Source: Candidatus Obscuribacteraceae bacterium (lineage in GTDB: Bacteria; Cyanobacteriota; Vampirovibrionia; Obscuribacterales; Obscuribacteraceae). Taken from it: 64,000 nucleotides of DNA. The DNA lies in the NCBI GenBank assembly GCA_044226015.1, contig JBGAHS010000001.1, positions 608,001-672,000 on the forward strand, read 5' to 3'. Positions 35,654-45,216 of this stretch are shown piece after piece (the stretch's first letter is position 1; each line of letters opens with the position of its first letter). A program made the translations under genes and the position numbers. Below the pieces are notes generated by a model. That model was not told where the DNA came from, ran no database searches, and saw nothing but the letters and a program-made list of their open reading frames with translations.

Positions 35654-37357
35654 TTAGAGATTCTCTCTTAGCCACAACTCTAGCGCAGATAAAAGCCAGA
35701 GCTTCACGCCGTATCTTGCCCAGACATCTTCCTTGTAATCAAGCCAGTCGCCGACCACTTGCATGTTCAGAAACTCGCGAATATGTGCCTTCTTGTTCAA
35801 TAAAAGTTTGCGCGCCTGTTTTTGCCAGTACTTGCGAAATCCTAGTTGCACAGGCACCATCATTCCAGACTTTGGTCGTTGCAATATTGCTTCGGGAAGT
35901 AGATCGCTCACTGCGTATTTGAGCACTGCTTTTTCTTGCGTTCCTTTAAGTTTGTGTTGCGGAGGAATTGTGAGGCTGGCGTCAACGATGCGTCGGTCGA
36001 ACAATGGTGAGCGTCCAGCCAATTGAAAGCATGATGTTATGTTGTTTACTTTGCTCAAGATCTGATCAGCGCCTTTGTACTTGGTGTTGATCAAAAAGAA
36101 TTTGTTGACGTAATGACCTTCCATCGTCAAATCATCTGCGAAAACAGATTCTTTCTCTTTGACGCTGTTCCACAATTTTGAGTTCAAGAGGCGTGAGAGA
36201 TCCGTTTTGCACTTTTGGAATGAAGACAGGTATGCGGCTTCAATTTCAGCTCTGCTGGCTGTTTTCTCGCGGTAAAGGCTATCCAGCATCATAGGCTGAT
36301 TCTTGGGACCACCGAAACAAGGGTCTCCCCCTTCACCATTCAAAATTACACTGGTCTGCATTTTCGCTTTCTGCGCCAGAATCATATTTGGAACAGTCAG
36401 TGGATCTCCAATAGGGTCGTCGAGCATTGAAATTACTTCAGGATGAAGGTTCCACATATCATCTGGAGTTATTTCAATGATGTGTTGTGTCAACCCACAA
36501 TGCTTTGCCACCATGCCTGACCATTCCAACTCATTCGGGCATTCAGAACCGAAATGAATGGAATAACAATCCACTTTTTTTGAATGCAGGTTTGCCGCTA
36601 AGGCAGCAACAGCACTTGAATCTATGCCACCTGAGAGGTAGCATCCAGCATCTTCGTTGGCAGGGAGGTATTCGTCGATGACTTCTTCCAGTAGTTTTCG
36701 AAGCCGCTCAGAATGCCATTCGAGGCTTTCCGATTCAAACTCTTGAAAGTCCTCGCGAATTTTCCAGAAGCTCTTTATCGTTTTGCCTGGTAGTTCAACT
36801 ATCTCGCCCGGGCGAACCTCTCTAATCGAGCGAAACATTGTTTGTTCGCCAGGCACGAACGCGCAGCAAAGGTAGTCGCGAAGAGCTAGCTCATCTATCT
36901 CTTTTGAAACAAAGCTAGATATGGCTTTTATTCTAGCTGCTACATAGAACGAGCTTGAGTCTTTTGCGTAGTAAAGATTTTTGGTTCCTACAGGGTCTCG
37001 AATCAATTTTAGTTTGCTGAATTCGCGCTCAAAAACAAGCAGAGCGTAAGAGCCCTGCACATGTTCAAGAGCGGTTTCTTTTAAGGTCTCCCACAGTCGA
37101 TGGAAGGCGTGTAGGTCATCTGTAGATTCATCCAAATCAAATCTTCTATTCAATTCTCGCCTGTTGCTCAGCCAGATATCACCAGCTACAATCAGCTTTT
37201 CTGAATCTGTGTAGGCTGCTTTATGAATCTCAAAGCCAGCCGCTAGCTCATTATTCTGCGGAGTTCCGTCAGACTTTAAATCGAACTTCGCATACCAGAA
37301 CAAATCATCTGGTAGTTGCTTGGTGTTTTTTTGTGGTCTGAATAAACTAGTTAGCAT
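35654..37357 (-). CDS. asparagine synthetase-like ATP-dependent amide synthetase (copy 2), no N-terminal Cys
   Basis: GDIWLSN, GSYA, RDPVG.KNLYY, YLSGGIDSS, LDDPIGD, NGEGGDPCFGG, RSPLFD, EKAVLK, RPKSGMMVP. Confidence 0.88.
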   Translation of the reverse strand: MLTSLFRPQKNTKQLPDDLFWYAKFDLKSDGTPQNNELAAGFEIHKAAYTDSEKLIVAGDIWLSNRRELNRRFDLDESTDDLHAFHRLWETLKETALEHVQGSYALLVFEREFSKLKLIRDPVGTKNLYYAKDSSSFYVAARIKAISSFVSKEIDELALRDYLCCAFVPGEQTMFRSIREVRPGEIVELPGKTIKSFWKIREDFQEFESESLEWHSERLRKLLEEVIDEYLPANEDAGCYLSGGIDSSAVAALAANLHSKKVDCYSIHFGSECPNELEWSGMVAKHCGLTQHIIEITPDDMWNLHPEVISMLDDPIGDPLTVPNMILAQKAKMQTSVILNGEGGDPCFGGPKNQPMMLDSLYREKTASRAEIEAAYLSSFQKCKTDLSRLLNSKLWNSVKEKESVFADDLTMEGHYVNKFFLINTKYKGADQILSKVNNITSCFQLAGRSPLFDRRIVDASLTIPPQHKLKGTQEKAVLKYAVSDLLPEAILQRPKSGMMVPVQLGFRKYWQKQARKLLLNKKAHIREFLNMQVVGDWLDYKEDVWARYGVKLWLLSALELWLRENL

Positions 37358-37398
37358 AGGCGGCTTGAACTACAAACTAAATGACTCCCATTCAATAA

Positions 37399-39462
37399 CT
37401 ACTTGCGGTTTTCCAGTTCTTCCAGTTGGGTTTCGAGTTGAGAATGTGCATGTTGCCTGTACTCAGCTGCTTTTTGGTCTCGTTGTTTTGCCAGAGCATT
37501 CATGCGATTGTTTGCCTCTGTGATCTGATCTTCTGTTGTATCGATGATCTTTCGGTATCGCTCATTGTTGGCACCAAGAGTCTTTAAATTCTCTCTTGCT
37601 CTGGTTTGAGCTTCGATATATTGCGTTCTTAGATTCTGTTCGTTTCCAATCTTCTCATTGATGCTTAGTATTTCGTTTCTCAGAAGGAGCAACTTCTTGA
37701 GGAACTCCTTAAATTCCTGGTTGACGAAATTTTGCTTCATGAGCCAGTTCAATTGATTCTCGTCAGATTGCATGGCTTCACTGATCCATATTTGTATGAA
37801 TGCATCGGTTTGTTCTGTGACATGCAATCTTTCAAGAGATTTAGCTTCAAGTTCTTGCTTGAAGCGATAATAATGTTCGGTTGTTTCCTCTGGTGCCTGT
37901 GTGTTAATCAGCTTCCATGGGTTGTTTACTGGGTGCTCAACAAAAACAATCTTTTTCTTGTCGCTCAGGTTCTCTATTTCATAGGTTTTTACACTTACCT
38001 TGTTGCAATCGACTATTATTACTCCATTGATTGCGCGCGCTTTATAGTATGGCTTTGATGTTGTTTCCTGCCGAACGATGATGGGGCAAGATTGATCAAT
38101 TGAATACAATAAGAAGCGTTTGTCATCTGGTTTGACTGTGTCAAGCATAGCTTCACCAGCATAGATGTCGCCTTCCATCACTGTCACAGGTCCACCCTCA
38201 AGGGTCAGTCCAGTGTTATTCACAAATCGAACCGTAGCGAATGGAAATTTCGGATTCTTTTTCTCATTGTAGAGAGAGATGCGTTCTCCATTAACGTCTT
38301 GCTGTACGATAGGAATCAGCGCTGAGCTGTTGCGAGGAATGGTGACTGGCTTGTTCACGCGATATTCAAACATCTCACCAGTTTCAGCTGCCTCAATGTT
38401 GATTGGTGCTGCTGACTCCATCGATTGTGCAAGAGCTGGCGCATTCATTGAACCACCAGCAACTTCTGAGAAAGCGTCCATGCTACCGTAACTTCCCCCA
38501 CTGCCCCACCCGTTGTCCATCATTGCGGCTGCGGGCGCTGCACCGGGTGCCTGCGCTACCATTTTTGCTTTCATTAGCGCACGTTGCGTGGGCTCCTCTC
38601 GTTTTCGCTGAGACCGTTCAGCCAAAACTGGACCACTCGACACGTTGCCTTGCGCAGCTATTGTTGGTCTGAACGGTTGCACAGGATCATAGAGTGGTTG
38701 AATAAAAGAGATTGGTGAAGCTGCTACGAGTACGATCTGCACATCAGTCCAATCCTCTTCTTGTACGTTATCTACAATTGCCATGCCTTGCAAGAGAGTT
38801 TTTGATTCGTCGTGCATTACAAGTCTATAGCTCGTTTTCCAGATGGGGCAGGGGATGGAATATGCTATTAGAAGCTCATGCTTACCTTCTTCACTGATAG
38901 AGACTGTTAGCGCTTTGCGATCTTTTTTCTTGGCGTTTTGAAAGAGCAACTCAAGTTGTTGGTTTACTTCGCTTGCCATATTCTCGTCTTCTACTTTTAT
39001 CGATGAGATTGATGCAAGCGATAGTCTCTTGAAGCTGTTCGCGTTTGTGTAGAGAGTGAGTTGAGGGTCGCGAACCAGGGTCTTTTCGAAAATTTGTTCG
39101 CCTATATCGAGCCCCACGACTCGACCAGTGAATGTATCTCCAGAGACCGAAACCGTAACGGGAATACCCTTCATCTGGGTAAGCAGACCGACCAATCCTT
39201 CTGTTTCAGAAATATCGAAACCGAATTCTGCAAGTCTACTCGCCAGTGTTTTTGAGGAATCGTAAGTGATAGCATCGATTCTTCTGCCGCCGGTGCTAAG
39301 CGCCAGCAAGCTCTTCAACATGTCGTCGATTTCGGATGCTTCGCAAACAAGATTGATTTTGCATGGCGCCTCAACTGTGCCTCGGCGTTCGAAATAGCCA
39401 ATTCCGTGTTTGTAGAGAACAACCTTTGTAAGTCCGACAGAACTTGAGCTGCTATTGTCCAT
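37399..39462 (-). CDS. DUF4139-domain protein
   Basis: VVLYKHGIGYFER, DDMLKSL, PIWKTSYRL, AIVDN..EEDW..V.I.LV, GEMFEY....PVTI, LEGGPVTV. Confidence 0.75.
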   Translation of the reverse strand: MDNSSSSSVGLTKVVLYKHGIGYFERRGTVEAPCKINLVCEASEIDDMLKSLLALSTGGRRIDAITYDSSKTLASRLAEFGFDISETEGLVGLLTQMKGIPVTVSVSGDTFTGRVVGLDIGEQIFEKTLVRDPQLTLYTNANSFKRLSLASISSIKVEDENMASEVNQQLELLFQNAKKKDRKALTVSISEEGKHELLIAYSIPCPIWKTSYRLVMHDESKTLLQGMAIVDNVQEEDWTDVQIVLVAASPISFIQPLYDPVQPFRPTIAAQGNVSSGPVLAERSQRKREEPTQRALMKAKMVAQAPGAAPAAAMMDNGWGSGGSYGSMDAFSEVAGGSMNAPALAQSMESAAPINIEAAETGEMFEYRVNKPVTIPRNSSALIPIVQQDVNGERISLYNEKKNPKFPFATVRFVNNTGLTLEGGPVTVMEGDIYAGEAMLDTVKPDDKRFLLYSIDQSCPIIVRQETTSKPYYKARAINGVIIVDCNKVSVKTYEIENLSDKKKIVFVEHPVNNPWKLINTQAPEETTEHYYRFKQELEAKSLERLHVTEQTDAFIQIWISEAMQSDENQLNWLMKQNFVNQEFKEFLKKLLLLRNEILSINEKIGNEQNLRTQYIEAQTRARENLKTLGANNERYRKIIDTTEDQITEANNRMNALAKQRDQKAAEYRQHAHSQLETQLEELENRK

Positions 39463-39523
39463 GCCAATCTCCTGACTTCTAATGGAAGACAGTGCTCATT
39501 ATGGCACTCTTGACTGTTTAATG

Positions 39524-41434
39524 TTATTGGCTTAGCGTCCTTAAGGACTCGACACTCTCCTCTCTAATTCGTTGCATCTCGCCAGGAGTGTCATCGAGGG
39601 CAGCTGTTTCAATCGCTTTCTTGAAATACTCGATTGCAAGTTCTCTCAACTCAGGATACTCCTTTGCATGGTTTGCCATGGAAAACTGTGCGCCTGGAGT
39701 CTTCGGAGCATCAGCAGGTATGGAGTCTTTTGCGCGTCGGATTAAATCGCTTGCCTTTTTTTCTTTGTGGAGTTCTTTGTAGACCTTGTATTGTGTGAAA
39801 ATGCAGTTCATTCCTGCCGTAGTGCAGAGTCCCCAGCGAGTTCGCTCAAATTCTTCGATAGCTTTGTCGTTGAGCTTTTCGGCATCTATATAGTTCCGCT
39901 CTTTTTCTTCCAGATTTGCCAGAGTTGCAAGATACTCAGCGATTGACCTTGCTGGAGCATTTTCCTCAACGCATCTCTGGTTCTTCTTGAGAATGGCAAT
40001 GGCTTTCTTTATTTGTCCATGCTGCGTTAATTCATTTGCGTAGGCAATGAATATGTTGATTCTATTTGGTGCTCCCTGATCGTTGAAAAGTGTGAGAGTC
40101 TTTTCGTACTCAGCAAACGCAAGTTCAGGCTGATTATTCTGATTGTAGAGGTCTGCTAAAGTACGGTGACCTTTATAGAGGATTTTTTCTATGTCATCTC
40201 TGTCCTGTGTTTTAGAGGAGAATTCGGCTATTTGCTCTTTGTATTTTTCAATGGCTTCAGGAATTAGATTTCTTTCTCTTAGTTCTTCCGCTTCTCTGAA
40301 GGCCATCAAACCGAAGCTATGTGCTTGTTTTAGCTTTCCGAATTGCTGCAGTTTGCTTATTGGCTGTAGTCTCGACACTTCGCTTTCGCGAAGTTTTCTG
40401 TCGTTGACTTGTTTGTAGATGAAGATTCCTGATAATGCCAGAAGCAATGCAAGCCCCAGGGGAAGAACCGCAGAACGCTGTCTGATTTTGTTTGTACGTT
40501 TCTGTCTTTCATCTTTTTCTTCGAAAGCAGCAAGCAAGTCTTTTCTAAATTCGGAAATGGATTGCACTCTTTCATTGGGATTTTTATTGAGGCATTTGAT
40601 AATTGTGTTCGTCAGGCTTTCCGGAAAAAGTGAAAGTTGATCTGTCGATGTGAATTTTGGCGCTTTGTTCTGCGAACGGTTGTACATGGTTTGATAAGCC
40701 GTCTCGCCCTCAAATGGCGTCTTTCCTTCAATGGCTTGAAACATCACAGTTGCAAGTGAATAAATGTCTGAGCGGAACTCAGCAGCTTTACCTTCCGCCT
40801 GTTCTGGACTCATGTACAGTGGGCTGCCTAGTATGCCGCTTGTGAGCTTTTGCTGAGGAGCCTGTGAGACTGTTCCCTCCCCTTGTTTTGAATTGATTTC
40901 TTTTGCTATGCCAAAATCAAGCACTTTGACTTCGAATTCTTTGTCATCATCAGTGCTCTTGCTCAAATAGATGTTTGAAGGTGTGATATCTCTGTGAATC
41001 ATGCCTTTGCTGTGGGCAAACTCAATTGCCTCAAGCACGGGCACGAATACTTCCTTGAACTCTTGTGGACTGAGGCGTGATTTACTCTGCAAAAATTCTG
41101 CTAGATTTTTCCCGCTCAAAAGTTCCATCACGATATAAGGAATTGACTCCTTAATGAGTCCGAAAGACTTGATTTTAACAATATTCGGATGTTCTAACTG
41201 ACTACAGATTTTCGCTTCATTGAGAAATCTGATTCGCGATGATTCATTATTTGCGTATTCGCTGTTGAGTACTTTTATTGCTACTTCATTTGAGAGTATC
41301 AAGTTTTCTGCTTTATAGACAGTAGCCATTCCCCCCTGTCCTATCACAGAGAGGATCTTGTAATTTTTGGAGAGGGACTCTAGCAAGTCCTGGACTATTT
41401 CGTTTTTGCTCTCGTTTCGATCTGTCGAAGACAT
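39524..41434 (-). CDS. Hanks-type Ser/Thr protein kinase with TM segment and TPR domain
   Basis: IGQGGMATVY, VAIK, HRDITPSN, DFGIAK, GSPLYMSPEQ; TM VLPLGLALLLALSGIFIY. Confidence 0.9.
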   Translation of the reverse strand: MSSTDRNESKNEIVQDLLESLSKNYKILSVIGQGGMATVYKAENLILSNEVAIKVLNSEYANNESSRIRFLNEAKICSQLEHPNIVKIKSFGLIKESIPYIVMELLSGKNLAEFLQSKSRLSPQEFKEVFVPVLEAIEFAHSKGMIHRDITPSNIYLSKSTDDDKEFEVKVLDFGIAKEINSKQGEGTVSQAPQQKLTSGILGSPLYMSPEQAEGKAAEFRSDIYSLATVMFQAIEGKTPFEGETAYQTMYNRSQNKAPKFTSTDQLSLFPESLTNTIIKCLNKNPNERVQSISEFRKDLLAAFEEKDERQKRTNKIRQRSAVLPLGLALLLALSGIFIYKQVNDRKLRESEVSRLQPISKLQQFGKLKQAHSFGLMAFREAEELRERNLIPEAIEKYKEQIAEFSSKTQDRDDIEKILYKGHRTLADLYNQNNQPELAFAEYEKTLTLFNDQGAPNRINIFIAYANELTQHGQIKKAIAILKKNQRCVEENAPARSIAEYLATLANLEEKERNYIDAEKLNDKAIEEFERTRWGLCTTAGMNCIFTQYKVYKELHKEKKASDLIRRAKDSIPADAPKTPGAQFSMANHAKEYPELRELAIEYFKKAIETAALDDTPGEMQRIREESVESLRTLSQ

Positions 41435-41697
41435 CTAGAACGGTCGCAACTCCAGGCGGCTTACCAGATTGCTTCGGCTTCCCGGCTTGCTTTGTTTCGG
41501 GTAGAAGGATTTGACCGGGCTCGGCCTGGCGATTTCAAAGCACGAAGTTGACGACCAGCGAGGGTTGAGCTGGTCTGGAAGAATTGCTTTCTCTTCCACG
41601 CTCTTCTGTTTGTGTCGCTTCGCTTTTTCGGCTAATTTCGTGCTTTCGATAAACTCATCATGAAAGGGGGACATGGCTTATTTCTCCGATCAGAAAT

Positions 41698-43407
41698 TTA
41701 TTCTGTGATGCTGAGTTCGTCCATAACCATTACTGAACTGATTCTCGCTCTTTTGCTCAACGTGGCTTCCGCGGCTCTTCTGACGAAGAAATCGCTGTCT
41801 GCCGCAAGATATTCGAGTGTAGATTTCAAAGCCCAACTGGTTCTTGCCACCATCAATCGAACATAAGCGTCTTTGTCTTTTGCAAGGTTGCTCAATGCTG
41901 CAAACGGCGAGTGAGGGTTTGTTACTACTGAAATTTTTACGTCTGTGTCTGAGTCGTTAGACATCAGGTGCAGGGTTGCCGGATGGGATGAAGGGTTCGC
42001 GGCAACCCGCATCCTGACTTCAGGTGACTCATCGGAAGAAAGCTTTTTGAGAAGTTCTGGTGGTGCTTCTGGGTTTGAAGCAACATAGCCCCTGACAAAG
42101 CAGCTCAAGCTGTTTGCAAATTCGTAGAGGGTGCTTTCGTCAACTGATTCTTCTTGTTCTTCAGCAGAGAGGGCTGCTCCTCTAACTATGATGTCCGAGT
42201 CTCTGAGTAGAATGTCCTTTGCTACAGTTGGACTAATTCTATTGTCCGAGACGGATTGTCGAACTCGTCTACTGATGTCGTGGCAAAGCATAACCATCAG
42301 TTCTGGGTTTATACTTTCGTTTCGTGCAAGCCAGAGTCTGACTTCATCGGAGTCGTCGAGGGCTAATTTCTTCGCGGCGTTGTCTGAGATTTTTGTCGAG
42401 CGGGCTAGTGCCAATCTCACGCTCTCTTCAGGGTCTGCTGCAAGATAGAATGAAAGTTCAGCGTCTCTGCTTTCATTTATAGCAACCAGTACGCGAGTCA
42501 AAATGTCTGTGTCTTGCGAAAGAATTGCCAGGGCTTCTGTTCCTGCACTCTTGTTGCTTGCTACTTCGCGGCGCACATAAATGTCTGGATCTGAGGCTAA
42601 CCGGCGTAGTATCACTTCAGGTGCCGAACTGTTCGATGCAACAATTCTGCGAACCGATGGCTCTGCGTCCTCAGCTAATCTGACTAGTACCACATTTGAT
42701 ACTGCAGAGTTGCGTGCAACAGATTGCCTTACCATGAGAGAACTGTCTTGAGCCAAATCAATCATCGATTGCTCAGGGCAATGTGGGTTTGATGCGGCAT
42801 GAAAGCGTGCTTCTGACTCAAGGTCGTCGGCCAGTCTGCGCAATGTGTCCGCAGATGTGTCTGGGTTTGCAGCAACTGCCATTCTAACCGCGGGATCTTT
42901 TTCATCGCTTAGCTTGTGCAGCAGATTTGCTGATGTATTTGGATTAGCTGCTGCGCTGCGACGAACTAAAATGTTTGTGTCGTTTGCTAGAACATCACAT
43001 GCGCGTGTTGGGCAATTAGGGTTTGCTGCGACAATTTGTCGTACTATTGCATCGCGATCGCGCGAGAGAAAGTCCAGGCAATCGGCTGGCGTAGTGCTGT
43101 GACTTGCGACAAATTGCCTTACGCTGTCATTTGAATGTAATGCTAGATACCAGAGACCTTCACCGGAGATTTCGTTGCTTTCCTCTGGTGTAGCAAGTTG
43201 CATCTCGGGTTCGATGATGCAAGATAGTTCTGGAAAATTTGTATTGACCCAGTGCATCTCAGCGTCAAAGCTGAACTCATCAGGAGTGCGATGCCTGTCT
43301 TTGAAGTCGAAAATAGATGTTAGAAACTGTTGAGATACACTCACAAACGAAACCCCGCCAAGCCTTAACTCGAACAATGAGTTCGAGTTCATTGAACTCG
43401 AATTCAT
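41698..43407 (-). CDS. leucine-rich-repeat-variant (LRV)/HEAT-like repeat protein
   Basis: many 24-aa repeats L..LA.D....VR..VA.NP..P. Confidence 0.85.
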   Translation of the reverse strand: MNSSSMNSNSLFELRLGGVSFVSVSQQFLTSIFDFKDRHRTPDEFSFDAEMHWVNTNFPELSCIIEPEMQLATPEESNEISGEGLWYLALHSNDSVRQFVASHSTTPADCLDFLSRDRDAIVRQIVAANPNCPTRACDVLANDTNILVRRSAAANPNTSANLLHKLSDEKDPAVRMAVAANPDTSADTLRRLADDLESEARFHAASNPHCPEQSMIDLAQDSSLMVRQSVARNSAVSNVVLVRLAEDAEPSVRRIVASNSSAPEVILRRLASDPDIYVRREVASNKSAGTEALAILSQDTDILTRVLVAINESRDAELSFYLAADPEESVRLALARSTKISDNAAKKLALDDSDEVRLWLARNESINPELMVMLCHDISRRVRQSVSDNRISPTVAKDILLRDSDIIVRGAALSAEEQEESVDESTLYEFANSLSCFVRGYVASNPEAPPELLKKLSSDESPEVRMRVAANPSSHPATLHLMSNDSDTDVKISVVTNPHSPFAALSNLAKDKDAYVRLMVARTSWALKSTLEYLAADSDFFVRRAAEATLSKRARISSVMVMDELSITE

Positions 43408-43652
43408 TTCCCTGCCATGTTCAAATTGACATCAATTGGTTTGTTTCCAGAATTAATGTCAAGAACACCGTAATAATGGGCCAAGGTGCTAAAGCAGTCC
43501 ATAAAGATTTTGTTCATCTCTCGACACACATTTTCAGGTGAGAAGCCTGTAACTAAGCGCTTAATGTAGATATTGAGAAGATTGCCCGTTTTCCCTGATC
43601 CATCGGCAACGCTGAAGCATAGCTCATTTTGCAAATCTCGTTGCGACCCCAT
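43404..43652 (-). CDS. small hypothetical protein coupled to the LRV gene
   Basis: 82-aa ATG ORF whose stop overlaps the downstream start (ATGA). Confidence 0.35.
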   Translation of the reverse strand: MGSQRDLQNELCFSVADGSGKTGNLLNIYIKRLVTGFSPENVCREMNKIFMDCFSTLAHYYGVLDINSGNKPIDVNLNMAGK

Positions 43653-44025
43653 ACGTAAGATCCGCAGAGTTTTTCACCTAATTGTGTGATTGCTTTGTGT
43701 CCGAAGATGCACTTAGCAAGCGCTTCTTAGCTCGAACACATCTTAAGCGCGTGTAAGTTTTTGTCTTTTATGCTCAAAGAGAATAGTGGAAGAGGCTCTG
43801 TATATACAGGGATTATCCATGCGACGAAGCCCTGTTATTCAAGGAAAAGCTGTGGCGACATCTAGCCAGCGGCAGAAAAAGAGATTTCGGATTTGTATAT
43901 ATTAGTAGAGAATCTTGCTGACGAAACAACGGCTCTCGAAGAGGCCCGATGCCCCATTCATAACGGACTGCGCGAAACCCTTTATTCGATGAGCGAAATT
44001 GATGCGCTCGATTCTGATTGATATC

Positions 44026-44931
44026 TCATTCAACATGCCCTGCTTGCTCGCCTGCGTGGTAGCTGCTGCGAACAAGGGGACCAGAAAAGACATTTACGAA
44101 TCCCATTTCCATTCCGACATCATGGAAATGTTTGAAAGTATCAGGATGTACCCAACGTTCAACCTGCAGGTGCTCAAGAGTTGGCTGCATATATTGACCG
44201 ATGGTCACCAGATCGACCTGCGCCTCTTTAAGATCTTTGAGCAGCTGTATTATTTCGTCGTCCTCTTCTCCAAGTCCCAGCATGAAACCTGACTTAGTTA
44301 CGAAGCCAGCTTCCTTTGCTCGTTTCAAGAGCTCTAGGCTTCGTTCGTATTTCGCTTGAGGGCGTACCTTGTAGTAGAGGCGTTTGATTGACTCCATGTT
44401 GTGATTGAGCACGTCGGGTTTCGCTTCGAGCACGGTGTCCAGAGCTGCCCAATTTCCACAAAAGTCTGGAATTAGCACTTCTATTTTTGTATCAGGACAA
44501 CGTTCTCGTACGGCAGTGATGGTCGCCGCCCAAACGGACGCGCCGCCGTCTTTCAGTTCGTCACGATTAACAGATGTTATAACTGCGTACTTGAGTCCCA
44601 TGAGCTCAACTGCTTCGGCTACGCGCTGCGGTTCATCCAAATCTAGCTCGGTTGGCTTGCCGGTGATGATGTTGCAAAAGCCGCAACTGCGTGTGCAAAC
44701 GTTTCCGAGAATCATCAAAGTGGCAGTGCGTGATGACCAGCATTCGCCCCGGTTTGGGCAGGCAGCTGATTCGCAAACAGTGTTCAAGCGATTATCAGTA
44801 ATGATGTTTTTCAGTCGCTTGTAACCTTCGCCGGTTGGAAGACTCACTTTTAACCACTCTGGTTTCGGCTTGCGCTGCGGCTTTTCAAGCTTTACTGCTA
44901 CTGGGATTATTCCTTCGTCTTTATTGTTCAT
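44026..44931 (-). CDS. lipA: lipoyl synthase
   Basis: KPEWLKV, TVCESAACPNRGECW, CTRSCGFC, RSSYHA. Confidence 0.97.
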   Translation of the reverse strand: MNNKDEGIIPVAVKLEKPQRKPKPEWLKVSLPTGEGYKRLKNIITDNRLNTVCESAACPNRGECWSSRTATLMILGNVCTRSCGFCNIITGKPTELDLDEPQRVAEAVELMGLKYAVITSVNRDELKDGGASVWAATITAVRERCPDTKIEVLIPDFCGNWAALDTVLEAKPDVLNHNMESIKRLYYKVRPQAKYERSLELLKRAKEAGFVTKSGFMLGLGEEDDEIIQLLKDLKEAQVDLVTIGQYMQPTLEHLQVERWVHPDTFKHFHDVGMEMGFVNVFSGPLVRSSYHAGEQAGHVE

Positions 44932-45216
44932 TTAGATTTCCGCTCTACAACGCCGCTTGCTTGGATTTTTGTCATCAGAAAGAATCAATTCAGCTTTTGT
45001 GGTGCTACAGCCCCGCCGCCCTTCTTCAGGGTTTTGATCCTTCTGGAAAATTTTCGTTTTTCCTACCTATAAATATGACACAATGTTATCCATTCGTCAT
45101 AGCCAGGTCTCTATGCCGCAAATTGTAGCAGCAACGAGGATTGCCGTGACGGTGCGCTCGATAAGCCTGACAAAAACTGTCAGGTTTTCTTCAGGTAAAT
45201 AACAGGACATAAAGCA

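Noticed and set aside
28883..37357. Lasso peptide biosynthetic cluster
   Set aside because: AsnB-like genes are present, but no B1/RRE, B2 protease or convincing precursor ORF was found
41435..41674. 79-aa ORF between the LRV gene and the kinase
   Set aside because: No motif or clear RBS; could be intergenic
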